Shown here in pieces: positions 16,709 through 25,856 of a stretch of DNA of 37,473 nt (position 1 is its first letter; each line of letters begins with the position of its first letter). The position numbers and the translations under genes are program-made. Source of the stretch: a virus. The stretch lies in the IMG/VR virus record IMGVR_UViG_2648501629_000001, positions 1 to 37,473 of that record; one strand, given 5' to 3'. The notes under the pieces are model-generated. The model did not search any database and was not told where the DNA came from. It worked only from the letters and a program-made list of their open reading frames with translations.

Positions 16709-17155
16709 ATGACCATGATTAAAAAAATACGAGTAGCACATTTCCCACAAGTTCCATGCAAGCCATTCCACGTAGAGGTTAAAAGCTTAGAAGAGGCGAA
16801 GTTAATTAGTGATACGTTAGCAAACTATGACTTGTTCCAATATGACAACAGAATCAAAGGCGACTATGCAAATACTACAGTCGTTGAAGAGTATTGCGAA
16901 GAAGAAGGCGAATGGATTTCTTGGTCAGATGATGATACAGGCATTGATGATATAGATGCTTACTTCGAACACTTAGAAGAGAATAAAGGGCAAAAGAAAT
17001 TTACAGCATTTAAAACAACGGTAAGAATGGAAACAGAAGATGGTTCTAAGATTGGTCTTGTTGTGCAGGTAAACTTATTGAGTAGCACTTTGTACGTGAG
17101 AGACAAGGACAATAAGGTGTATGAAGTCAGCATGAACCGTGTAGAGATTGTGTAA
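16709..17155 (+). CDS. P22 gp17-like (superinfection-exclusion-escape family) protein with C-terminal extension
   Basis: RVAHFPQVPCKPFHVEV...LANYDLFQY.N.IKGDYAN...GEW. Confidence 0.65.
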   Translation: MTMIKKIRVAHFPQVPCKPFHVEVKSLEEAKLISDTLANYDLFQYDNRIKGDYANTTVVEEYCEEEGEWISWSDDDTGIDDIDAYFEHLEENKGQKKFTAFKTTVRMETEDGSKIGLVVQVNLLSSTLYVRDKDNKVYEVSMNRVEIV

Positions 17156-17158
17156 GCC

Positions 17159-17323
17159 ATGGATTGGGAGATATTCAAGAAATGGTTGGAGCTAGAGGGT
17201 ATAGATATTATTATGCTCTCTTGGCAACAAACGCAAGTTCAGATGAAAGATTTTGAGAATGAGAAAAAGCAAAACTCTTTTAGCTACAGGAGGGCATTGA
17301 GAGAATATGGAGAGTGCAATTAA
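17159..17323 (+). CDS. Small hypothetical protein (54 aa)
   Basis: Fills the gap between neighbouring genes; weak RBS. Confidence 0.5.
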   Translation: MDWEIFKKWLELEGIDIIMLSWQQTQVQMKDFENEKKQNSFSYRRALREYGECN

Positions 17324-17546
17324 ATCTTATATTGAATCAGAATTAAAAAAGCTAGACAATAGGGAAGTTAAGAGTATTGAGCTTGAGGGAGTCTATCCAA
17401 GCGTCCTACAGTCGATTCTAGGCACATTTGGAGAATTAGATACAAATGGATGGCAAGCTGATTACTGGACGAATACAGAGAGATACGAGGTCAGTGGATG
17501 TATGTATTACGGCAAGGCAACAATCTCACTGAGAGAGGGAGAGTAA
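17307..17546 (+). CDS. Hypothetical protein (DTNGWQADYW motif)
   Basis: AGGAGG upstream. Confidence 0.75.
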   Translation: MESAIKSYIESELKKLDNREVKSIELEGVYPSVLQSILGTFGELDTNGWQADYWTNTERYEVSGCMYYGKATISLREGE

Positions 17547-17550
17547 CTCT

Positions 17551-17706
17551 ATGGATATATTCAAAGGGTTGGCTCTCCAAAAAGAAATATTAAAACAAGT
17601 TGAAGAAAGATTAGGGCGCAAGCTTACTGAAAATGAAGTAGAGGTATTTAAAATCTCGTCAAGGTTAGGACTTATTAAAGGCGAGAAATGTGGTAGAAAT
17701 AATTAA
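17551..17706 (+). CDS. Small hypothetical protein (51 aa)
   Basis: GGGAGAG RBS. Confidence 0.65.
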   Translation: MDIFKGLALQKEILKQVEERLGRKLTENEVEVFKISSRLGLIKGEKCGRNN

Positions 17707-17733
17707 TAATATTGAGAATTAGGTGGATTAACC

Positions 17734-18060
17734 ATGATAAGTATCCCAAAAGAAAACTGGCTGTATGAAGATGGAGATGGTATCGTCACAGACATGCACG
17801 GCAATGTAATATTAGAGCTAGGAGAGGCTACAATCTCAAGCAACATGTATGTGTACGCAGAATTAAAGAATCCTAAATGGTATCATAAATTTTTATTCAA
17901 GCCTCGTAAAATTGAATTGGAAGAATGTTGGAAGCTACGTTATGTAACAAAAGGAATGCATGCTTATATGACATTTAATAGAATTCATGTGTTATGGGGT
18001 GGGACTGTCAGAGTTTATAATCCCAAAAAAGGATACGAGTATAAGATTGGATACAAGTAA
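17734..18060 (+). CDS. Hypothetical protein
   Basis: AGGTGG RBS. Confidence 0.75.
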   Translation: MISIPKENWLYEDGDGIVTDMHGNVILELGEATISSNMYVYAELKNPKWYHKFLFKPRKIELEECWKLRYVTKGMHAYMTFNRIHVLWGGTVRVYNPKKGYEYKIGYK

Positions 18061-18100
18061 TTAATAATATCGGACTTTTATTAGTTAGGAGATTGGGGAA

Positions 18101-18280
18101 ATGTTTATAAAATTCAAGATTAAATCAGAGGCGCAAAGAGACTTACCGCACATGTCATTCCTGCCTCATATAAGCGAGGTAATTGTAACAGGTGGAGAGT
18201 ACAGCGATGTTGTGGATGTGGTAGATATCCACGATGGTATTGAGTTTAGAATTCATAAAAAATATTTAGAATTAGCGTAG
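18101..18280 (+). CDS. Small hypothetical protein (59 aa)
   Basis: AGGAGA RBS; MFIKFKIKSEAQRD... Confidence 0.65.
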   Translation: MFIKFKIKSEAQRDLPHMSFLPHISEVIVTGGEYSDVVDVVDIHDGIEFRIHKKYLELA

Positions 18281-18291
18281 GAGGGATTGTC

Positions 18292-18525
18292 ATGCAGGTA
18301 AAAATAACTAAGCCACAGGTTAAGAAGCTTTTGGAGCAAAATGGAGAGGTGACACTAGACTTATTTGAAAGAGGTAAAGACCCAAATCATTATATGACTG
18401 CTATATATCAAATTACTATCAAAGACATAAATGAAATAGATGATAGAGCATCAGATGGTTTTAAGAATTTCTCTGGGCATAGAAACTTTAGCATGTCTAT
18501 CTGGAAAGATGAGGAGGAGAATTAA
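18292..18525 (+). CDS. Hypothetical protein
   Basis: AGGAGG RBS. Confidence 0.75.
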   Translation: MQVKITKPQVKKLLEQNGEVTLDLFERGKDPNHYMTAIYQITIKDINEIDDRASDGFKNFSGHRNFSMSIWKDEEEN

Positions 18526-18526
18526 A

Positions 18527-19009
18527 ATGAACAGAGAGCAACAGTACAATACACTGGTAGAAATTGTAGCTAACGTAAGGCTATTACTAGCTCATGGTGA
18601 TACTAATGATTACGCAGAAAAAATCAAAGCAGATACAGAAAATTTAGCAGTTTCTCTTGGGTACTCTAAAGATAAATTTTACAATGATGCCATCAAAAGA
18701 TATATGGAGTTAAACAAATCGCTAGACGAAAACAACTTAGAAGGGCGCACACATAAGATGCAAGTATTAGTTGATATCTTCCCTATGGCAAATGGAACAA
18801 CTCTATACATAGCAAATATCGATATCGCAGGGGAAAGAGATTTTAGCGTAGAAGGGAAAAGTATGAAGAGTGTTATGGTCACTGTTCGTGCAGAGGCGAA
18901 AGCTCGTAGTATTAACAGGGACGAAATTGAAATTCTAGGCGAATTCAATAAATCTAATATGTCAGAAGAAGATGCAAAAGTTTGGGCGACAAATATCTTT
19001 GACCTATAA
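18527..19009 (+). CDS. Hypothetical protein
   Basis: Start moved to ATG 18527 (AGGAGGAG RBS). Confidence 0.8.
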   Translation: MNREQQYNTLVEIVANVRLLLAHGDTNDYAEKIKADTENLAVSLGYSKDKFYNDAIKRYMELNKSLDENNLEGRTHKMQVLVDIFPMANGTTLYIANIDIAGERDFSVEGKSMKSVMVTVRAEAKARSINRDEIEILGEFNKSNMSEEDAKVWATNIFDL

Positions 19010-19023
19010 GGAGTGAGTGTAGA

Positions 19024-19350
19024 ATGACTACAGGAATATTCTTTAGAATGAGCGTTATTAGAAATGATTTAGATAGATTCTCGCAAGATATGAAAGAGAG
19101 ATATAATTGCAGAGTAGTTACTCTTATAAATGAAAGTGCAGATAAAGAATCTGTCCATATGGGTTATTGTGTATCGAACTCAGCAGGAGTTTTCAATGTG
19201 TTAATGCCATATGAAAAGAATGAGCGTAATGAATATGCAGTTACAGATAATACATGGACTGTTACGCATATCCAAACAGGAGAAGTAACTGATGGATACA
19301 AAACTCTTGGTCACGCAATGGAATATATATTATCAAAAGATGTAGATTAA
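19024..19350 (+). CDS. Hypothetical protein
   Basis: AAGGAG RBS. Confidence 0.8.
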   Translation: MTTGIFFRMSVIRNDLDRFSQDMKERYNCRVVTLINESADKESVHMGYCVSNSAGVFNVLMPYEKNERNEYAVTDNTWTVTHIQTGEVTDGYKTLGHAMEYILSKDVD

Positions 19351-19461
19351 AAAATATGACATGTCAATAAGAAATTATTGACATGTTTGTTGTAGTCCCT
19401 TATACTGTATACATAATTTAGTAAGACAATTAATTATAAGTACAGAAAGAGGGACAATAGC

Positions 19462-19791
19462 ATGAAAACAAAAAAATGGACAATTTGGGGAATTATCTTT
19501 TACGTTCATTCAGTATTCCTATTAGCTTTAGGGATTGATAGAGTCAACGGATATAATAGTGGTGAATATAGTAGCGATTTAAGTAAGCACGTTTATGTTG
19601 GTGGGGACGCATACAACTACATAATCAATTCAAACATGCTTACAGCTTTCTTCGTGCTTAGTGCATCATTCTTTGTGGCAGGAACAATGCTAATCGTAAC
19701 TGGTTCTATTATAAAAGCGATTAAAACAAATCAAGCACAAACGCCAGTGCAACAAGTTGTGAAACAAGAGCCTGTTAGCACTCAACAATAA
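19462..19791 (+). CDS. Two-TM membrane protein (YVGGDAYNYIIN motif)
   Basis: Two hydrophobic helices; promoter TTGACA-17-TATACT. Confidence 0.8.
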   Translation: MKTKKWTIWGIIFYVHSVFLLALGIDRVNGYNSGEYSSDLSKHVYVGGDAYNYIINSNMLTAFFVLSASFFVAGTMLIVTGSIIKAIKTNQAQTPVQQVVKQEPVSTQQ

Positions 19792-19797
19792 GGAGAG

Positions 19798-20133
19798 ATG
19801 GCTTTGAAAGTAATTACATGGGATGTAGACGATGTTCAAGATACAGTAGATATGCTAGACACGATGTCTGCAGTAGACAGCCTTGTTAGAGGCGTAGAGA
19901 ACGAGACAATCGATACAGACACTGTTAGGACAGATGTGGCTATAGCCTTCGTAAAAAGAAATTTAATGGGTGAGTACCATGGAATCCTAGTGAAGCAGGA
20001 AGAAGAAATGCTAGTCGATTCGGAGATTTATGTCTTAACATTTGATGGAGAAGCAAGCGAAGGTGGAGAAATGTTTAGATTAACCATTGAAAGTATCGTT
20101 GATATACTTGTTAAAAAAGAGGCTACTGAATAA
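19798..20133 (+). CDS. Hypothetical acidic protein
   Basis: AAGGAG RBS. Confidence 0.75.
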   Translation: MALKVITWDVDDVQDTVDMLDTMSAVDSLVRGVENETIDTDTVRTDVAIAFVKRNLMGEYHGILVKQEEEMLVDSEIYVLTFDGEASEGGEMFRLTIESIVDILVKKEATE

Positions 20134-20220
20134 TTTCAGTAGCTTTTAATATTTTTGTTTGACATCTTACTGTGTTGATAGTATACTGAGTAACAGATAC
20201 ATAAAAGGAGATGATTTGAA

Positions 20221-21273
20221 ATGGCAGTAGCAGTAGATATGTTAAGAGTAGGTGAGCAAGAAAAGGTACACAGTCTTGGGAACTATGAAGTTATGAAAGT
20301 TTACACTTCATTCCTAAGCCTTCATGAAAAGAATTCACCTCAAACAGCAAGAGATTATAAAGCTAGAGTTGATGAGTTCTTTAAAATGACAACTGGGAAA
20401 GAGGTTCACTTCTTATCCATTGAAGAAATCCAAGCAATCAAGAAAGCTGATGTTCAAACGCTATTCATTGATAAATTAGCCGAGAAGGGTAATATTAATA
20501 ATACAATACAGACGAAGCTAAATAGCGTCAGAAGCTTTTATAATGAATTGTTGTCGAATGACTTAAAGGTGAACCCACTGATTTTCAAAGTGAAGTTGCC
20601 CAAAGAGGTCAAACATCATGAGTCTCTGACATTTCAAGAAGTTCAAATGTTATTCGAGTTCATGAAGAAAGAAAGAGACTTGGCGATGGAAAAGTATCTT
20701 CTAGTCAAGATGCTATTTACAACAGCTAATCGTAAGACAGCTACAGTAGGAGTTGTCTCTGAGTGTGGTATGACTTGGAAAGATAACTTTGTAATGCGAA
20801 GAGATGTCAACACTGGCGAGAATATTCATGTTGTGAAGGTTAAGGATAAGGGTAGTAAATGGATTGAGAAACCTATATCAGAAGAGTTCTATATGGAGCT
20901 ACAGCAGATTAACAAAGGACAAAAGCATGTATTCACAATGAATCCTAAGACGCTTGAGAGAGCCTTAGAGAGATTTTCAAAGACAATAGGTAGAAAGATA
21001 ACTCCTCATAGCTTAAAAGCGACAGCGATAACGCTATCGTATCAGATGTGTAGAGATATCAACCTTTGTAAGCAATTAGGTGGTCACTCAAGTATCGTAA
21101 CGACTGAAATCTACTTACACGAGGAGAAATCACTGGTTAATCAATTGAGTTATCAAATGTCTAGGGAGTTAGATGAATCAGCTTTAGAATCCTTATCGCA
21201 TCGAGAATTATTAGACTTCATCAATGCAAATGAAGATATCAAGATGCAAATGTTATTGAGGCTGAATAGATAG
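20221..21273 (+). CDS. Tyrosine recombinase/integrase family protein
   Basis: N-terminal core-binding domain; TTANR, KDKG, HSLK, LGGHSS..TTEIY. Confidence 0.85.
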   Translation: MAVAVDMLRVGEQEKVHSLGNYEVMKVYTSFLSLHEKNSPQTARDYKARVDEFFKMTTGKEVHFLSIEEIQAIKKADVQTLFIDKLAEKGNINNTIQTKLNSVRSFYNELLSNDLKVNPLIFKVKLPKEVKHHESLTFQEVQMLFEFMKKERDLAMEKYLLVKMLFTTANRKTATVGVVSECGMTWKDNFVMRRDVNTGENIHVVKVKDKGSKWIEKPISEEFYMELQQINKGQKHVFTMNPKTLERALERFSKTIGRKITPHSLKATAITLSYQMCRDINLCKQLGGHSSIVTTEIYLHEEKSLVNQLSYQMSRELDESALESLSHRELLDFINANEDIKMQMLLRLNR

Positions 21274-21586
21274 AATTCGGCTTCAAAACATTATTAAACA
21301 AATTTATTGAAATTGGTTGACTTGGTCATAAAAAGACTGTATAATCCTAAGTATAACAATTAAACAAAATTATTGAAATAGGGAAAATCGAATGATAAAA
21401 CCCTATAGAACCGTTCAGTGAACTGTTCCAAATCGGTATCCTTAGAAGAGAAGGGTAGATGTATAGCCAACTCTTCTAAATACCTATTTGAAACAAAATT
21501 ATTGAAGGTTGAGAGGTGTCAATCGTTGGGAGTAGCAAATCATAACAAGAAGAAATATATACTACAGATAAGAGGGGAAATTACAG

Positions 21587-22027
21587 ATGAGAGATACATT
21601 AAATTTACAATCGTTGAAACATAGCAAGTTTGAAAAACATCGTAGAATCTACGAAAAAGCACACAAAATTATGGCGAAGGGATTTGAAACAGAAGAGTTA
21701 AGTAAAGAGCAGATTATGGACATTGCAAAAAGATATCCTAAATTAAATGTCTCTGTTATTATTGGTGGCGACATTGTCGTTAGAAGTATACATGACACTT
21801 GGATTGTAAAGGATGAGGGGAGATTCATATCTCTTTATCATAAGGCTTTTGTCTTAGAAAAAGGCAAGAGAAGAGAGAAGTATCATATTCAAGATATCTT
21901 TTATGACTTAGATTTTGTATTTGCAAGTATCGTTAGTCATGATGAGTTTAAGTTAGGCATTAAATTTAGAACAACAACAGATGAAATACAAGAAATCGTT
22001 AGAGAAAGTTATTTAGCAGTACTATAA
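21587..22027 (+). CDS. Hypothetical protein
   Basis: AGGGG RBS. Confidence 0.75.
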   Translation: MRDTLNLQSLKHSKFEKHRRIYEKAHKIMAKGFETEELSKEQIMDIAKRYPKLNVSVIIGGDIVVRSIHDTWIVKDEGRFISLYHKAFVLEKGKRREKYHIQDIFYDLDFVFASIVSHDEFKLGIKFRTTTDEIQEIVRESYLAVL

Positions 22028-22255
22028 TCTCAAGAATCTACTTTTGTTCTAGATGGTAATCAATGCCTTAAAGTAATTTATGGAAATAAAGTTAAAAAAA
22101 TAGTAAAAAAAAGTATTGCAATGGTTAAACGAATGTATTACAATTTACTTAAGAAAAGCGTTAAGTTAAATTATTGCAATACTATAATACATAATTATTA
22201 AAAGGCTAAGTAAAACTAATAGGATACAAGGTAGATAAAAAGGAGATGTAAGACT

Positions 22256-23461
22256 ATGCTAAATAAAGATACTATTATTGATTTGGAGAAGGTTTTAGAG
22301 GGCGTTAAGTTCTTATCTAAAGCTAAGAGAGATATTATGATGCAGTTATCAGAAGTAATTAGTGAAGATAAGGTTAAGGCGTTGTTTGAAGGTGAATTAA
22401 AAATAGAGAATTTAAATGATAGCGAGCAATTAAACCTTTTAACAGTAATTTATGGATATGCTAAAGATGAGAGATTTAATCCTTCTAAAATTTCAAATAA
22501 AGAAGAGAAGAAAGAAAACGAAGAGCCTAAAAAAGATAATATGCCAAACCTATACTTTGACTATTCATTCAAGAAAGAGTTTGCTTCTCAATATAAAGAT
22601 GATACAAAAAGAGTTGTTTTGGCATTATTTAGGAAAACTGCTGAAATTGAAAATGAAAAAGGTAAAGACCTATATAGTTTTAATAAAGAAGAATTAGCAG
22701 ATGCGATTATAGCTTTAAAAGCTAAGACAGTTAGAAGTCTTCAAGATAAAGTATCAACTATTGAACGATATATTGATTTCGCTAAAGATAATGGAAAAAC
22801 TAAAATTAACTACGCTACATTATTTGACACTAGAGAAAAACTTGAAGCTTTAATTGATAAAGAAGCAGAAGAGAATATGATTTTTGATAAAGATGAGATT
22901 ATGGAAATGGCTATGAGCGCCGATAACGCACAAGATGGCGTAATACTGGGATTACTTTTTGATGGATTAAGTCATAAGAATGAATTTGAAGAATTAACAG
23001 AATTAACTAAAGATGATATTAATATGGATACAGAAAACCAAGAAATTATTTTAGAAGATAGAAATGTACCAATTAGCACAGAGACAGCAATTTTAATTAA
23101 TAGAGCATTAAAACAAGATGACGTATATGTAAGTATTACAGGCGAGAAAGCTCGTAAATATAAAATTGCAGAAGGCGACCATGTTCTTCGTGGATTAAGA
23201 GGGAAAAATAAAGTTAAAGGTCAAATAATAAGTCAACGTCTATTAAGGATTGCAGATACTTTTGAATATCCATACTTAAACGCAACAACAATTTCATATA
23301 GTGGTCAATTACATTTAGCTAAAGAATTAATTGAGGAAAAGGGAGTAAATATTAATAATGCTATTATCGCTGTACTTAAAAGATTTGCGCTTCCAATCAA
23401 TAATTCTTCACAATTCACTTTAAAAAATAGAATTGAAAAATATTTAAATTTATCTAAATAA
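22256..23461 (+). CDS. MrpR/YopR-like phage repressor (degenerate tyrosine-recombinase fold)
   Basis: E...KDLYSFN, NAQDGVILGLLFDGL, TISYSG; catalytic Arg and HxxR absent; context like SPbeta yopP-yopR-yopS. Confidence 0.7.
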   Translation: MLNKDTIIDLEKVLEGVKFLSKAKRDIMMQLSEVISEDKVKALFEGELKIENLNDSEQLNLLTVIYGYAKDERFNPSKISNKEEKKENEEPKKDNMPNLYFDYSFKKEFASQYKDDTKRVVLALFRKTAEIENEKGKDLYSFNKEELADAIIALKAKTVRSLQDKVSTIERYIDFAKDNGKTKINYATLFDTREKLEALIDKEAEENMIFDKDEIMEMAMSADNAQDGVILGLLFDGLSHKNEFEELTELTKDDINMDTENQEIILEDRNVPISTETAILINRALKQDDVYVSITGEKARKYKIAEGDHVLRGLRGKNKVKGQIISQRLLRIADTFEYPYLNATTISYSGQLHLAKELIEEKGVNINNAIIAVLKRFALPINNSSQFTLKNRIEKYLNLSK

Positions 23462-23475
23462 TGACAATAAAATAA

Positions 23476-23508
23476 AAGAGTGAGCCACCATTACAGTGTT
23501 CACTCTTA
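23476..23508. terminator. Hairpin between convergent genes
   Basis: aagagtgagc...gtgttcactctt. Confidence 0.55.
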
Positions 23509-23525
23509 TGTCTAACAATTATCGA

Positions 23526-24023
23526 TTATTCAAATAAATAAAGATAATCAAATGGATTCATACTCCATGCGAATGCTGATAGAACCTCAAGTACACCAGT
23601 TAAGATGAGAAGTAATGATATAATAAACAGCATAATTCTCAGAACTCTTATTCTTTTCTTATCGTGCTTGTCGATATATTTACCTTTCCCTCTATCAAAT
23701 ATACAAAGAAGTATAATGTCAAATACCTGCATAAAGCTTCTTGGTCTAGTTATGAGCCATTTTCTATCCTCATGAGTGACACGAAGTATAGTCCCCCTTG
23801 GGATATCGTAGTCTAATTTGACCTTGTTGCGAAGTAGGAAAGAGATTATAAAAACACCAATTATAATCCCTAGACACAAGAATGCAAACGCTATGAGTAA
23901 ATGGTCGGTAAATTGTTCCCAAAACTGATTCTCTTTAACCATAAGCCTTTTCTCATAAAGACATTGTTTTAATTGTTCTAGTAAAAAATCTTTATCTTGT
24001 TTGATTGGTTTTAAATTATCCAA
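23526..24023 (-). CDS. Two-TM membrane protein, probably co-transcribed with the HTH gene
   Basis: TTG start with AAGGTGG RBS; two long hydrophobic segments. Confidence 0.75.
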   Translation of the reverse strand: MDNLKPIKQDKDFLLEQLKQCLYEKRLMVKENQFWEQFTDHLLIAFAFLCLGIIIGVFIISFLLRNKVKLDYDIPRGTILRVTHEDRKWLITRPRSFMQVFDIILLCIFDRGKGKYIDKHDKKRIRVLRIMLFIISLLLILTGVLEVLSAFAWSMNPFDYLYLFE

Positions 24024-24040
24024 TTTATACCACCTTTACC

Positions 24041-24412
24041 TTAACTGTCTTCATCGACAATCTTTTTATACCAATAAATGATTTTTTTTAAAAATTCTTC
24101 CTTCTTGTCTTCGCTCAAGTCAGTATCGCTGTTTATTTGTGATATAGCGACAGACAGTGTAGGATGTTGTTCCAAAGCTTTTCTAGTTGAGAGGGGTATT
24201 TTGCGAAACGAGCGAAACAATTCGTCTTCATCTAATTCTAATGTTTCGGCAAGTTTTACAATGATTTCATCTGATGGGTTTGAGTTTTCTCCCTTCTCAA
24301 GTTTTGCTATGTAGTTGATTGATACTCCAACTGCCTTGGCAGTCATTTCAAGGGTATACTTTTTCTCCTGTCGCTTTAGGCGGAGTAAAACGCCTGTGTT
24401 TCTCTTTGTCAT
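24041..24412 (-). CDS. XRE-family HTH transcriptional regulator (YopS-like position)
   Basis: LKRQEKKYTLEMTAKAVGVSINYIAKLEKGENSNPS; start moved to 24412 by AGGGAG RBS. Confidence 0.9.
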   Translation of the reverse strand: MTKRNTGVLLRLKRQEKKYTLEMTAKAVGVSINYIAKLEKGENSNPSDEIIVKLAETLELDEDELFRSFRKIPLSTRKALEQHPTLSVAISQINSDTDLSEDKKEEFLKKIIYWYKKIVDEDS

Positions 24413-24484
24413 GATATATCTCCCTGTCATACACTGTACACTAACATCGTATAATAGCACAGTTCTTATATTATTTTTATAGGT

Positions 24485-24527
24485 TCACTTGAATTTCCAT
24501 AATTTACATGAATGGAAATTCAAGTGA
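24485..24527. repeat. Perfect 16-bp inverted repeat in divergent control region
   Basis: tcacttgaatttccat-N11-atggaaattcaagtga. Confidence 0.8.
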
Positions 24528-25021
24528 GAGTGTAAAAATCACTTGCTTTTCAACTCGGAGTTGAATAAAATAAGTGGAGTCACCATTATTTAGTTAAATA
24601 TAGTAATTATGTTAATTATATTATACTCATATGGCGGACGATACATACAGATTATGAACACTTGAGTTGAATTTGTATAAAAAACATACAAAATAGTCAC
24701 AATCTTAGCAAAGCACGGCATAATAAACAGATAAACAAATTGTAATGCGTATCACAGCAAGTGACTATTAAGCTTAAGACGATATAAGACAAACGCTTAA
24801 GCGAGAAGAGAAGATATTATTTTTTGACGTTAAGTAAATGTATTAACAGGCTATTGTCTTAAAAAAACAAAATGACAAGTCTTACATTGCAAGGAGCGTA
24901 TGCTCAATTTAGGGGAAGGTGGAGTATGTTATTCGATTGTAAGTGGATGTACAAGAGAATTTGAAACATACATATACAAATATTTGCTCATTTACAATTT
25001 AACATTTGGAGGATATACCTT

Positions 25022-25483
25022 ATGAAAACTTACACATTAGAGATGCTTGCAGGAATGCGAGGAATTGATGCTTTAACGCAGGCAGAGGAGCGAGTGGAGA
25101 CGCTTCTTGTTGATACAATTAACGAACTGGGCGGGAAAAAGGTCGTTGGCGTAAAGAAGGTTAGAACACACCTTCTAACAAATGAGTTTAATTACGATGC
25201 GTTAGAACAAATGGTACAAATTGCAATCGATTTAAAAGATATGGAAGTGGTTGCAGAGCAATATCTTTTACAAATCATGAAAGAACTATGCGAGAAGGTC
25301 TTTCGAGATTTTGTTCCACTGGATATGGTAGATACATTTAGAATGGCACTTGAAGTAATGCTATCTAAAAACAATTGGGATTCATCAGTTGTTGTTAAAA
25401 ACGTGGCGAAGTATTTTACAAGTGGCACTGTATATCCAGTAGCAGAAACTTATCGTAAGGCAAGTGAAAAGCTTCAAGAATAA
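25022..25483 (+). CDS. Hypothetical protein
   Basis: GGAGG RBS. Confidence 0.8.
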   Translation: MKTYTLEMLAGMRGIDALTQAEERVETLLVDTINELGGKKVVGVKKVRTHLLTNEFNYDALEQMVQIAIDLKDMEVVAEQYLLQIMKELCEKVFRDFVPLDMVDTFRMALEVMLSKNNWDSSVVVKNVAKYFTSGTVYPVAETYRKASEKLQE

Positions 25484-25500
25484 CAAGGAGGTGATTAGTA

Positions 25501-25794
25501 GTGAATCAGCAAAAAGAAATGTATGAGAATAAAGATATGGAAGCATTTCTAAAGTTAGAAGACATGGTAGAAGATTTAGAATTGCAAACACAGAAGGCAC
25601 TGTCTCTTATTGTTTTGAATGTAGAGCCAAAAGATGCTTTCAATGATGCAATAGTTGTTATGGACAAAATGAAGAATCTTCATGAGTCCATAACAGATGA
25701 ATCAGTTAAATTTGTTGCGACTGAAAAAATCAACATTGCAATTGATATCTTTAAAGCAAAATTATTACAAGCTAATGTTGAACATTTGTTTTAG
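25501..25794 (+). CDS. Hypothetical protein
   Basis: AAGGAGGTG RBS, GTG start. Confidence 0.8.
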   Translation: MNQQKEMYENKDMEAFLKLEDMVEDLELQTQKALSLIVLNVEPKDAFNDAIVVMDKMKNLHESITDESVKFVATEKINIAIDIFKAKLLQANVEHLF

Positions 25795-25856
25795 TTATAT
25801 CAACAAATGTTCAACTTAGCTTAACGAAAGCGCTCAAAAAAAATTGGAGGTATAAC

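Larger units (their letters stand above)
1949..20187. promoter_or_regulatory. Dispersed 19-bp palindromic operator B (A[C/G]TGTRTTA-N-TAAYAYA[C/G]T), 13 copies in or near early sigma-A promoters
   Basis: Starts at 1949, 2143, 4843, 8133, 9488, 11173, 11350, 11651, 12104, 12534, 13877, 16004, 20169; perfect palindromes at 9488 and 13877. Confidence 0.9.

Noticed and set aside
21418-21624. 68-aa GTG-start ORF
   Set aside because: No RBS, overlaps hairpins and motif A, and overlaps the next gene
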